From Chitinophagaceae bacterium (GTDB lineage Bacteria; Bacteroidota; Bacteroidia; Chitinophagales; Chitinophagaceae): a stretch of 64,000 nucleotides of DNA. The notes below the pieces were generated by a model that made no database searches, was not told the DNA's origin, and saw nothing but the letters and a program-made list of their open reading frames with translations. The translations under genes and the position numbers were made by a program. Each line of letters begins with the position of its first letter. The stretch's first letter is position 1. The stretch spans positions 26 through 64,025 of the forward strand of contig JAQBNK010000033.1 of assembly GCA_028288595.1 (NCBI GenBank). The letters are read 5' to 3'. Of the stretch, positions 54,118-62,815 are shown in pieces.

Positions 54118-54203
54118 TACTTTACCTGTAATATACCATTGCTTCGAGGCCTAACAGCATAAAATTATAAAGAGTCATTAAATTCAGTGTAGATTCATTT
54201 TGA

Positions 54204-54428
54204 ATGAATAACAATATTCCGATAACTGCACATGCAATACTGCAGGAATTACTTGACGGAATCATGAAGCTGGATCATGCTTTTATCACCGGCATGTATG
54301 TAACCGGTTCGCTGGCGTTAAATGATTTTCATCCGGGAAAAAGTGCTGTTTCTGACGAAATAATTTGGGGTATAATTATAAAACACATACCAACATTAAA
54401 AATTGAAGTTGAAGCGTTCTTAAAATAA
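54204..54428 (+). pseudogene. truncated N-terminal remnant of a nucleotidyltransferase-domain (adenylyltransferase-like) gene
   Basis: The 74-aa ORF carries GMYVTGSLALNDFHPGKS, the G-S...(D/N)-x-x-x-x-S-D-hD-type NTase start. It loses the expected DID motif and stops early. Confidence 0.35.
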
Positions 54429-54449
54429 CCATCTTTCATCATCACTTTC

Positions 54450-55004
54450 CTACGCATTCATCTTCCAGATATAAAAATTAAGTACACCAGTAAAAGTTAC
54501 CCAGCAGATATAGGGTACCATCGACCATGCCGCAGTTTTAGAAATATCATCAAAATCAAAAATCGTAAGCAGGATAAATATCCAGAGTACGACCATGCAG
54601 ATCATCGCCCAGCCCACCTGGTGAAATTCAAAAAATAATACGGTCCATAAAAAATTAAACATCAGTTGTAAAAGAAAAAGAAAGATAGCCGCATTGCGTT
54701 CTTCAGACAAAGGTTTTTTCCAGACACGATAAAAAGAATATCCGATTAAAACATAGAGTATCGTCCATACTGGTCCAAATACATTATTCGGTGGAGTAAA
54801 AAAAGGTTTTTGAATAGTATTGTACCAGTTATTTACCTGGTCCATCGTGATCCAGCCGCTGATGGCCCCAACAGAAAGTGTGAGCAATAATGCAAGTATT
54901 AATTTCGTCCACTTGGGCGCACTGGTAACTTTCTGTTCCAATCCTGCCTCCCCCGGCACATTCACCACACTTGTATTCATGTTTCTTTTCATTAAAAAAA
55001 GCAA
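54450..55004 (-). CDS. tspO: TspO/MBR tryptophan-rich sensory protein
   Basis: WYNTIQKPFFTPPNNVFGPVWTILYVLIGYSFYRVW plus five TM helices. The true start is probably an internal Met (MKRNMNTS region), since the family is usually about 155-165 aa. Confidence 0.85.
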   Translation of the reverse strand: MLFLMKRNMNTSVVNVPGEAGLEQKVTSAPKWTKLILALLLTLSVGAISGWITMDQVNNWYNTIQKPFFTPPNNVFGPVWTILYVLIGYSFYRVWKKPLSEERNAAIFLFLLQLMFNFLWTVLFFEFHQVGWAMICMVVLWIFILLTIFDFDDISKTAAWSMVPYICWVTFTGVLNFYIWKMNA

Positions 55005-55115
55005 CTATCCTGCCAAGACCATTTTTGCTCACTTCGCCCCTATCTTTGTTATTAACGATTGTTTAAGAGATATGCCCCGCATCATCTCATTCAAAAAACA
55101 AAAATTCACAGTTGA

Positions 55116-56759
55116 ATGAATATGGAATTTAACAGGAATGAAGACTGGATGAAATTGCTGGTGAGCCAGGTGAATCAATATGCAGAACAGGTAAAACTGG
55201 GCGGCGGAAAAAAAGCGATCGAAAAACAAAGAGAAAAAAACAAACTCACTGCAAGAGAAAGAATAGCTTATTTAACTGACAGCGGTAAACCGTTTACAGA
55301 GATAGGCATGTTCGCGGGATATGAAATGTATGCTGAAGAAGGTGGTTGCCCCTCGGGTGGCACCGTTGCGGGAGTAGGTTATGTGAGCGGAAGACAATGC
55401 GTGATCGTCGCGAATGATCAGACTGTTAAAGCCGGTGCATGGTTCCCGATCACAGGTAAAAAAAATTTAAGATTACAGGAGATCGCGATGGAAAATCGTT
55501 TGCCCATTATTTACCTGGTAGATAGTGCGGGCGTTTTTCTTCCCATGCAGGACGAAATATTTCCCGATAAAGAACATTTTGGCCGCATCTTCCGCAATAA
55601 TGCTCGTATGAGTGCTATGGGCCTTACGCAGATCGCTGCGGTAATGGGTGCCTGTGTTGCAGGTGGTGCTTACCTGCCTATCATGAGCGATGAAACACTG
55701 ATGGTAGAAGGTAACGGTTCTATTTATTTGGCCGGCCCTTATTTAGTAAAGGCGGCGGTTGGCGAAGACGCTGATACGCAAACTTTAGGAGGTGCAGTAA
55801 CGCATACGGAGATATCGGGTATAGCTGATTATAAATTTAAAACGGAACAGGAATGTTTGGATGAAGTGAAGAAGATCATGAGCCGGTTAGGTCCTGATAA
55901 ACTGGCGGGTTTTAATCGCATTGAATCCATTCCTCCTGCAAAAGATCCCGCGACTTTATATGGAGTGATGGCCGAGGGGAATGCAAAGCCTTATAATATG
56001 CTGGATATCATCGAAAGACTGGTTGATGGCGGTGAAAAAGGCGAAACATCGTTCGAAGAATTCAAAAAGGATTATGGCAAAACAATAATATGCGGCTATG
56101 GCCGTATTGAAGGCTGGGCAGTGGGTGTTGTGGCCAACCAGCGTCTCATCACCAAAAATAAAAAAGGTGAGATGCAGATGGGAGGCGTAATATATAATGA
56201 CAGTGCGGACAAAGCAGCCCGTTTTATTTTAAACTGCAACCAAAAGAAAATACCGCTGATCTTTTTACAGGATGTAACGGGTTTTATGGTAGGCAGCCGC
56301 AGCGAACATTCCGGTATCATTAAAGATGGAGCGAAGCTGGTAAATGCGGTAGCGAATTCTGTGGTTCCGAAAATTACGGTGATCGTAGGTAATAGTTATG
56401 GGGCCGGAAATTATGCGATGTGCGGCAAAGCTTACGATCCAAGGTTTATTTATGCATGGCCATCTGCGAAGATCGCGGTGATGGGTGGTGAACAGGCAGC
56501 GAAAACTTTATTACAGATACAGGTGTCGGCATTAAAATCAAAAGGAAAAGAGATTGGGGCTGAAGAAGAAAACGCACTGCTCGAAAAAATTAAGGGCCGT
56601 TATGAAAAACAAACGTCACCCTATTATGCCGCGGCAAGATTATGGGTGGACGCAATTATTGATCCTTTAGAAACAAGATCCATAATTACAGAAAACCTCG
56701 AAGCTGCGAATCATAACCCCGAGATAGCAGAAATGAAGCTGGGTGTTTTCCAGGTATAA
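55116..56759 (+). CDS. acyl-CoA carboxylase carboxyltransferase (beta) subunit, methylcrotonyl/propionyl-CoA type
   Basis: 547 aa. GGGKKAIEKQREKNKLTARERIAYL, AGVGYVSGRQCVIVANDQTVKAGAW, GACVAGGAYLPIMSD and FLQDVTGFMVGS are the two carboxyltransferase half-domains. Confidence 0.9.
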   Translation: MNMEFNRNEDWMKLLVSQVNQYAEQVKLGGGKKAIEKQREKNKLTARERIAYLTDSGKPFTEIGMFAGYEMYAEEGGCPSGGTVAGVGYVSGRQCVIVANDQTVKAGAWFPITGKKNLRLQEIAMENRLPIIYLVDSAGVFLPMQDEIFPDKEHFGRIFRNNARMSAMGLTQIAAVMGACVAGGAYLPIMSDETLMVEGNGSIYLAGPYLVKAAVGEDADTQTLGGAVTHTEISGIADYKFKTEQECLDEVKKIMSRLGPDKLAGFNRIESIPPAKDPATLYGVMAEGNAKPYNMLDIIERLVDGGEKGETSFEEFKKDYGKTIICGYGRIEGWAVGVVANQRLITKNKKGEMQMGGVIYNDSADKAARFILNCNQKKIPLIFLQDVTGFMVGSRSEHSGIIKDGAKLVNAVANSVVPKITVIVGNSYGAGNYAMCGKAYDPRFIYAWPSAKIAVMGGEQAAKTLLQIQVSALKSKGKEIGAEEENALLEKIKGRYEKQTSPYYAAARLWVDAIIDPLETRSIITENLEAANHNPEIAEMKLGVFQV

Positions 56760-56761
56760 GA

Positions 56762-56887
56762 GATGGTTGGCAATTGGCAGTGGATGGTTGGCGTTAGAAT
56801 TTAGATATTAGTATTTAGTATTTAGTATTTAGTATTCAGACAATAGATTCCTGGTATTTGGCCAACTATCAACAGACAACTGCCAAC
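56762..56887. repeat. composite word repeat: GTTGGC words, 6 phased heptamers (tagaatt tagatat tagtatt x4, 56795-56836), then inverted GCCAAC words
   Basis: Read directly. gttggca (56766-56772) is the reverse complement of tgccaac (56881-87). It uses the same GCCAAC word as the array at 1901-1991 and is followed by an A9 run. Confidence 0.85.
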
Positions 56888-56928
56888 TAAAAAAAAATAA
56901 ACCAGATTAATAGTTATTTTTAAACCGC

Positions 56929-57675
56929 ATGCATTACTTCCAGCAATATAAAAATCCTTTTGTTTTGATAAAAACGTTTTTGTGTATAGCAGTAATTGTA
57001 ACAGTTGTTACGTCCTGCAAGAAATATGATTATGTTTCTACCGTGGAGGTACCCAATCAATCTTTTTCTGAAGAATTTGATACCATGGATGCAGCATACA
57101 GCCGCGGCTGGCGTTTTGTAAACAGGAGTCTTCCGCTTGGAAATGAAACCTGGAGCCAGGGTAATATTTTATATTTCAATGCTTACTCACAGGCCGGCGT
57201 TGCACCTGGCAGCCCCTATAATGCGGGTTATGCGGTAGCCACTGCTTATGCAACAACGGGTACGAATCCGGAAGGTCTCGCAGTGATCAGTAACTGGCTG
57301 GTGAGTCCTCCCGTAACAATGCAAAATGGTGACAAGATCATTTTCTATGCCCGTGATACATTGAATGCCTATGTTGACCGTTTGCAGTTACGCATCAATC
57401 CGCATAATGAAAGTATAGAGGCCGGAAGTGGTAAAGCACCGGGATCGTTCGATGTGCTGTTACTCGATATCAATCCAAAATATTTTCCTGGTCCCGACCC
57501 TAATGCAATGCCTGAAAACTGGACAAGGTTTGAGGCCACTATCTCAGGACTTGCAAAAGCAGTAACCGGAAGATTTGCATTCAGGCAATTCCTGGAAGGC
57601 GGTGGCCCCGGCAATACAGAATACGGTGGAATTTTAGGCATCGATCATGTGCAGTACCTGAGCATCAGCAAATAA
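56929..57675 (+). CDS. lipoprotein with cleaved-adhesin / choice-of-anchor-J-like beta-sandwich domain
   Basis: 248 aa with a lipobox (VVTSC). FSEEFD ... GW ... NWLVSPP ... FYAR ... LQLRI ... W(T)RFE resembles that domain family. This is a recollection-based call. Confidence 0.5.
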   Translation: MHYFQQYKNPFVLIKTFLCIAVIVTVVTSCKKYDYVSTVEVPNQSFSEEFDTMDAAYSRGWRFVNRSLPLGNETWSQGNILYFNAYSQAGVAPGSPYNAGYAVATAYATTGTNPEGLAVISNWLVSPPVTMQNGDKIIFYARDTLNAYVDRLQLRINPHNESIEAGSGKAPGSFDVLLLDINPKYFPGPDPNAMPENWTRFEATISGLAKAVTGRFAFRQFLEGGGPGNTEYGGILGIDHVQYLSISK

Positions 57676-57733
57676 ATTTTAGTCAACCGGTAAATATTAT
57701 TCTGCTTACACTGGTTTCATTTTAATTATAAAC

Positions 57734-58148
57734 ATGCGTGGCTTTATAATAAAAACGCAGGATGATCAAACACTGCATTTTAATTTCTATTTAAATGATG
57801 CGCCGCTTACCTGCGCCGCTTTCCAAAATACTTCCTTTTAAAAAAACTTTCCTTCACGCAAGCATTTCCGGGCAGGAGATCTGGGTTGATGAGGCGCATA
57901 ACTTAGACATCATCCAGGAAAATGCTTCTGTTTTTACGGAGCCGGGCGAAATTGTTCTCGGTCCTCTTCATCCTTCAAGAACAAAAACAGCCAAATGTAT
58001 CGGCATTTATTATGGTGAAGGTAGAGGCCTCGATTGCTGCAATATCTTCGGAAAAATAATTGACGAAGACCTGGCATTATTGAAAAACTTAGGCGAAATC
58101 ACCTGGCGAAAAGGTGCACAGGAACTTGTTTTCAAACCATGGTTTTAG
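57734..58148 (+). pseudogene. cyclophilin-like (TM1367/DUF3830-type) gene split by a frameshift near 57828-57841
   Basis: Frame A runs from ATG 57734 and reads MRGFIIKTQDDQTLHFNFYLNDAPLTCAAFQNTSF*. Frame B is the track ORF 57795-58148 and reads ...LPFKKTFLHASISGQEIWVDEA ... EPGEIVLGP ... CIGIYYGEG ... NIFGKIIDEDLALLKNLGE. Joined, the two give the full family layout. Confidence 0.5.
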
Positions 58149-58334
58149 CCTGTAATTGTTAACCGAATAAGAATACCCCAATTAGTGCAATTATCCCGGT
58201 AACCATTTTTGGGGAGCGCTTATTTCCCCCTTAAAGCCCTGTCAGGCGATATGTTATCAAACTTTCTTTTTTCGGGCCGTTTTTTGTTGCATGCGGCCTA
58301 CTTGCCAGCAGGCGAAGAGACTTAAAACAACATC

Positions 58335-58709
58335 ATGGATAAACTCCCGGACAGGACCTTATTGATTGTGGACGACGAAAAAGATGTATTGGTTTTTTTA
58401 TCTATGATACTTTCAAAACGAGGGTTCCGGGTAACTACCTCCCACTCAACAGATTCCATTAATGAACTGCTTGATACTTCACCTGAACTGATATTACTGG
58501 ATATTAATATGCCCGGCATGCAGGGCACCGAAATATGTGATCTCGTAAAACATTCCCCGGGCAAAATGAACACCCCGGTTATCCTCATGTCTGGTAATTA
58601 TGATCTCGAAAAACAAGCGAAGAACTGTGGCGCAGATGCCTGGCTCGCTAAACCTTTTGATACGTCGTCTCTTGTTGCCATGATCGAAAAGCTTCTTCCG
58701 CGTCATTAG
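58335..58709 (+). CDS. single-domain response regulator receiver (CheY-like)
   Basis: 124 aa with LLIVDDEKDV, the phospho-acceptor context LILLDINMPGM, and KPF near the C-terminus. Confidence 0.85.
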   Translation: MDKLPDRTLLIVDDEKDVLVFLSMILSKRGFRVTTSHSTDSINELLDTSPELILLDINMPGMQGTEICDLVKHSPGKMNTPVILMSGNYDLEKQAKNCGADAWLAKPFDTSSLVAMIEKLLPRH

Positions 58710-58765
58710 AAAGCCCACATCAAATGTTGTCATTTTTGTACCTTAACAGGGTTTAAAAAAGAAAT

Positions 58766-61700
58766 GTGGCAAAACAACAAACAAAGGAAGCTAAGAAGAT
58801 ACCTGTAAAGACAAATACTAAAGAAGCAAAACAAATAACGCCGGCAGTGATTACACCGCTGAAACCATTTCCTGTTGTTGGTATTGGTGCATCGGCCGGC
58901 GGTATAGAAGCCATCTCTTTATTGTTAGCGCATTTGCCTGAGAATCTCAGGATGTCTTATGTTATCATCCAGCATTTATCCAATTCAGACGAAAGCATCT
59001 TACCCGAAATTTTACAGCGAAAAACTAAAATGCCTGTTTTACAGGTTGACCCTGGTATGAAAGTTCAACCGGATCATGTATATGTGATCCCGCCCGGAAA
59101 ATATATACGCATTGTTGAAGGCGAGTTCCAGGTGTCCCCACGAAATATGTTTGATAAAACTATTCGTACGATAGATTTCTTTTTTACAACCATTGCATCC
59201 AGCTACCAGCATAATTCTATCGGCATCATTTTATCCGGCACGGGTTCGGATGGAACACTTGGTGTTCAATCAATAAAAGCGGAAGGCGGAATTACTTTTG
59301 CGCAGGATGAAACGGCAGATTTCCAGGGTATGGTGCGCAGCGCTTACGATTCAGGATACATCGACTTTTTATTGCCCCCACAGGATATTGCTAAAGAACT
59401 GGCGGTACTCGTTAAACATCCCTATGCGAGTACCCCGGATTCAGATACAATCTCAGCCGACGAAAAAGACTATGCTAAAATTCATGTCATCCTGCATAAC
59501 AGGAAGGGTGTGGATTTTTCTAATTATAAACAAACAACGATCATTCGCCGCATCATGCGGAGAATGGCGCTGAATAAAGTTGAATCACTAAGTGCTTATA
59601 TTAAAATGCTTCGTGATAATTCAGTGGAAGCGGATCTTCTTTACCGTGACCTCCTCATTAACGTTACCAGTTTTTTCAGGGACCCGCCACTTTACGCGGC
59701 ACTTTCAAAAAAAATATTTCCTTCTATTTTAAAAAACAGAAAGCCGCTGGAGCCCATTCGCATATGGGTGCCGGCCTGTGCCACCGGCGAGGAGGCCTGT
59801 TCAATTGCCATTACCCTGTTTGAATATTTAGGTGATGCAGCCGTTACCACTCCCATCCAGATATTTGCGACAGACCTTAGCGAACCCGCTATTGAAAAAG
59901 CAAGGACCGGGATTTATACTAAAACTGCTTTGCAAAATGTTTCAGCACAAAGACTAAAAAGATTTTTTATTAAGATCGATGGCAGTTATCAGATCATAAA
60001 ACCCATCCGGGATGCATGCATTTTTGCCACACATAATCTTTTAAAAGACCCGCCGTTCTCAAGAATGGATATTATCAGTTGCCAGAATGTAATGATCTAT
60101 CTCGATAACAATCTTCAAAAAAAAGTACTGCAGGCTTTTAATTATTCCTTAAAGCCGGATGGTTGTTTATTGCTCGGGAAATCTGAAACGGTTGGCGGTT
60201 CAACTGATCTTTTTGAACAGGCGGATAAAGATTTGAAGATCTATTCAAAAAAAATAGCGGGTCATAATACCCGGTTCGATTTTTCTGTACGGTCACTACC
60301 CTACGCAAGAGATTTTATCGGGGAAGAAACAAGACAGTCAAAGCCTGTTAATGAAACGGATATCGATAAAGAGGTTGATAAATTATTGCTTTCCCGTTAT
60401 GTACCCGCAAGTGTATTTGTGAACAAAGACATGCAGATACTGCGCTTTAACGGACCGATGGCGAATTTTCTGCAACCTACAGCAGGCAAGGCCACGCTTA
60501 CTTTAATGAAGATGGTAAGAGAGGAACTGGTGTTCGATCTGAGAAGACTTACCACCAAAGCAAAAAAAGAGAACCAGGCTGTTAGAAAAGAGGGCATTGC
60601 TCTGAAAAATCACGACCAGATTAAAGAAATCACTATTGAAGTTGCGCCTGTAAAATCGTCCGGAGCTAACGACTCTTTCTTCCTGATCGTTTTTAAAGAG
60701 GCCGTTAAACCGATCGATATTCCTGCAGCATCTTCCGGAAAGACAGACCGTAAGGAACGCCGGATGATGGAAGAAGAACTGAGAGAAGCCAGGGAACAGA
60801 TGAAGACGATGAGTGAAGAATTTGAAGCGACAAGAGAAGAACTGCAATCGGCCAATGAAGAAATATTATCATCCAACGAAGAATTGCAAAGTATAAATGA
60901 AGAATTAGAAACATCGAAAGAAGAATTGCAATCAACCAACGAAGAACTCTCCACTATAAACGATGAATTACAGAACCGGAACATCGAGCTGAGAGAAGCA
61001 GTTGAATTTTCGGAGGCGATCGTTCAAACAATCCGCGAGCCGCTGGTAGTATTAAACAGCGATCTCAGGTTGCGTTCAGCCAACAAGGCATTTTACCAGG
61101 TTTTCAAGCAATATGAAGATGATACCGAGGGGTATAATTTATACGAGATATGGAACGGCGACTGGAACATACCCGAATTGAAAAAGCAACTGGCCGAGGT
61201 GATTAATAAAAATAAAACCTTTCTCAATTTTGAACTGAAGCATACTTTTTCCAGGGTGGGAGAAAAAACGCTGCTCATCAGTGCGATGCGCATGAACCCG
61301 GAGAACAGTAAAAACGGCAGGATACTTCTTGCAATAGCTGATATCACCCAAAGAAAAATAGCAGAGGACCAGCTTCGTGAAAGTGAAGAAAGATTTCGCC
61401 TGCTCGTTCAAAACTCGTTTGACATTATTACCATTTTTGCTGAAGACGGCACCATACAATACCAGAGTGAATCAGTAAAATCAGTACTTGGTTTTAAACC
61501 ACAGGATATGCTGGGACAAAATATTTTCAAAGATGGCTTCATTCATCCTTCGGACCTGGCAACTGAAGAAAGATTATTTAATAAATGTAAACAGAATGAA
61601 AAGGAGAATGTAAAATCTGAATTCAGGATAAGGGATAAATCTGGTAAATACCGTGTAATAGAATCGGTATCTATCAACCTGCTTCATCATCCGCGGGTGC

Positions 61701-62446
61701 ATGGGATCGTGGCGAATTACCGCGACGTAACAGATAGAAAATTACTGGAAAAACAAAAAGAAGAATTCCTGAGCATTGCCAGTCATGAGTTAAGAACACC
61801 GGTTACCAGTATCAGGAGTTATACTGAAATATTGCAGGATATGTTTGTTGAAGCAAATGATGATGCTTCCGCTGCGATAGCAGGTAAATTAAGTCAGCAG
61901 GTAGACCGGCTCGCCAATCTCATCAACAACCTGCTTGATGTAAGCAAGCTGAGAGAAGGACAAATGGAAATTCATCATGAGTCATTCGATATCAATGAAC
62001 TTGTAAATGAAATAACCGAGGATATGAAACACACCATACAGCTTCACTCCTTCGTTAAAGAATTAGCTGCAACAAAAAAGATCACGGCAGACAGGGAACG
62101 CATTGGGCAGGTCTTAACTAATTTATTAAGCAACGCGGTTAAATATTCACCTTCCGGCGGGGCGATCATCATCAAAACAAAAACTGCTAATAACCAGTTG
62201 ACCGTTTCAGTGCAGGACTTTGGTATCGGCATGGATAGCGGAATGGAAGAAAAAGTTTTCGAAAGATTTTTCCGGGCCACGGATGATGTTTCAAAAACTT
62301 TTCCCGGCTTAGGTCTTGGCCTTTTTATCGCCGCAGGCATTATAAAAAAGCATGAAGGAAATATCTGGGCCGAAAGTGTAAAAGGAAAAGGTTCGACGTT
62401 CAGTTTTTCTCTCCCATTAGAAAATATAAAAGAGAGGAATCAATAG
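58766..62446 (+). CDS. CheB-methylesterase / CheR-methyltransferase / PAS / histidine kinase fusion sensor
   Basis: 1226 aa; GTG start, uncertain. The CheB domain has VVGIGASAGGIEA and SGTGSDGTLG. The CheR domain has TSFFRD and IWVPACATGEEACSIA. There is a coiled coil with 7-aa NEEL(Q/E)S(x) repeats (aa ~690-750), PAS repeats, HisKA (SIASHELRTPVTSI) and HATPase_c (NLLSNAVKYSP, GLGLGLFIA). Confidence 0.88.
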   Translation: MAKQQTKEAKKIPVKTNTKEAKQITPAVITPLKPFPVVGIGASAGGIEAISLLLAHLPENLRMSYVIIQHLSNSDESILPEILQRKTKMPVLQVDPGMKVQPDHVYVIPPGKYIRIVEGEFQVSPRNMFDKTIRTIDFFFTTIASSYQHNSIGIILSGTGSDGTLGVQSIKAEGGITFAQDETADFQGMVRSAYDSGYIDFLLPPQDIAKELAVLVKHPYASTPDSDTISADEKDYAKIHVILHNRKGVDFSNYKQTTIIRRIMRRMALNKVESLSAYIKMLRDNSVEADLLYRDLLINVTSFFRDPPLYAALSKKIFPSILKNRKPLEPIRIWVPACATGEEACSIAITLFEYLGDAAVTTPIQIFATDLSEPAIEKARTGIYTKTALQNVSAQRLKRFFIKIDGSYQIIKPIRDACIFATHNLLKDPPFSRMDIISCQNVMIYLDNNLQKKVLQAFNYSLKPDGCLLLGKSETVGGSTDLFEQADKDLKIYSKKIAGHNTRFDFSVRSLPYARDFIGEETRQSKPVNETDIDKEVDKLLLSRYVPASVFVNKDMQILRFNGPMANFLQPTAGKATLTLMKMVREELVFDLRRLTTKAKKENQAVRKEGIALKNHDQIKEITIEVAPVKSSGANDSFFLIVFKEAVKPIDIPAASSGKTDRKERRMMEEELREAREQMKTMSEEFEATREELQSANEEILSSNEELQSINEELETSKEELQSTNEELSTINDELQNRNIELREAVEFSEAIVQTIREPLVVLNSDLRLRSANKAFYQVFKQYEDDTEGYNLYEIWNGDWNIPELKKQLAEVINKNKTFLNFELKHTFSRVGEKTLLISAMRMNPENSKNGRILLAIADITQRKIAEDQLRESEERFRLLVQNSFDIITIFAEDGTIQYQSESVKSVLGFKPQDMLGQNIFKDGFIHPSDLATEERLFNKCKQNEKENVKSEFRIRDKSGKYRVIESVSINLLHHPRVHGIVANYRDVTDRKLLEKQKEEFLSIASHELRTPVTSIRSYTEILQDMFVEANDDASAAIAGKLSQQVDRLANLINNLLDVSKLREGQMEIHHESFDINELVNEITEDMKHTIQLHSFVKELAATKKITADRERIGQVLTNLLSNAVKYSPSGGAIIIKTKTANNQLTVSVQDFGIGMDSGMEEKVFERFFRATDDVSKTFPGLGLGLFIAAGIIKKHEGNIWAESVKGKGSTFSFSLPLENIKERNQ

Positions 62447-62815
62447 ATGAATAAAACGCTGGTGATAGTGGATGATGATCCGGGGGTACAGGATGTTTTC
62501 AAACTGATATTTGAACGGGCCGGTTATACCACCATCATTTATACAGATCCTAAACCGATTTTTGAAAAATCATTTATACAGCCGGATCTTTTCATTCTTG
62601 ATAAACAACTTTCCGGTGTTGATGGTCTTGATATTTGCCGCCTGTTAAAGAGCCAGGATACAACAAGGCACATTCCGGTTATCATGCTTTCTGCCTCGCC
62701 ACATATTGAAAGGCTTGCACTGGCAGCGGGGGCAAATGAGTTCATAGAAAAACCATTCAGGAACAAAGTACTTGTTGCCACCGTTGAAAAATACATTGGT
62801 CTATCTGGGCACTAA
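62447..62815 (+). CDS. single-domain response regulator receiver (CheY-like)
   Basis: 122 aa with LVIVDDDPGV, FILDKQLSGVDG and EKPF. The ATG directly follows the kinase stop codon (tagatg). Confidence 0.85.
   Translation: MNKTLVIVDDDPGVQDVFKLIFERAGYTTIIYTDPKPIFEKSFIQPDLFILDKQLSGVDGLDICRLLKSQDTTRHIPVIMLSASPHIERLALAAGANEFIEKPFRNKVLVATVEKYIGLSGH

Noticed and set aside
60503-60984. Several minus-strand ORFs (76-124 aa) with Ser/Leu/Phe repeats.
   Set aside because: They are antisense to the NEEL-repeat coiled-coil coding region of the CheB/CheR kinase, so they are a periodicity artefact.
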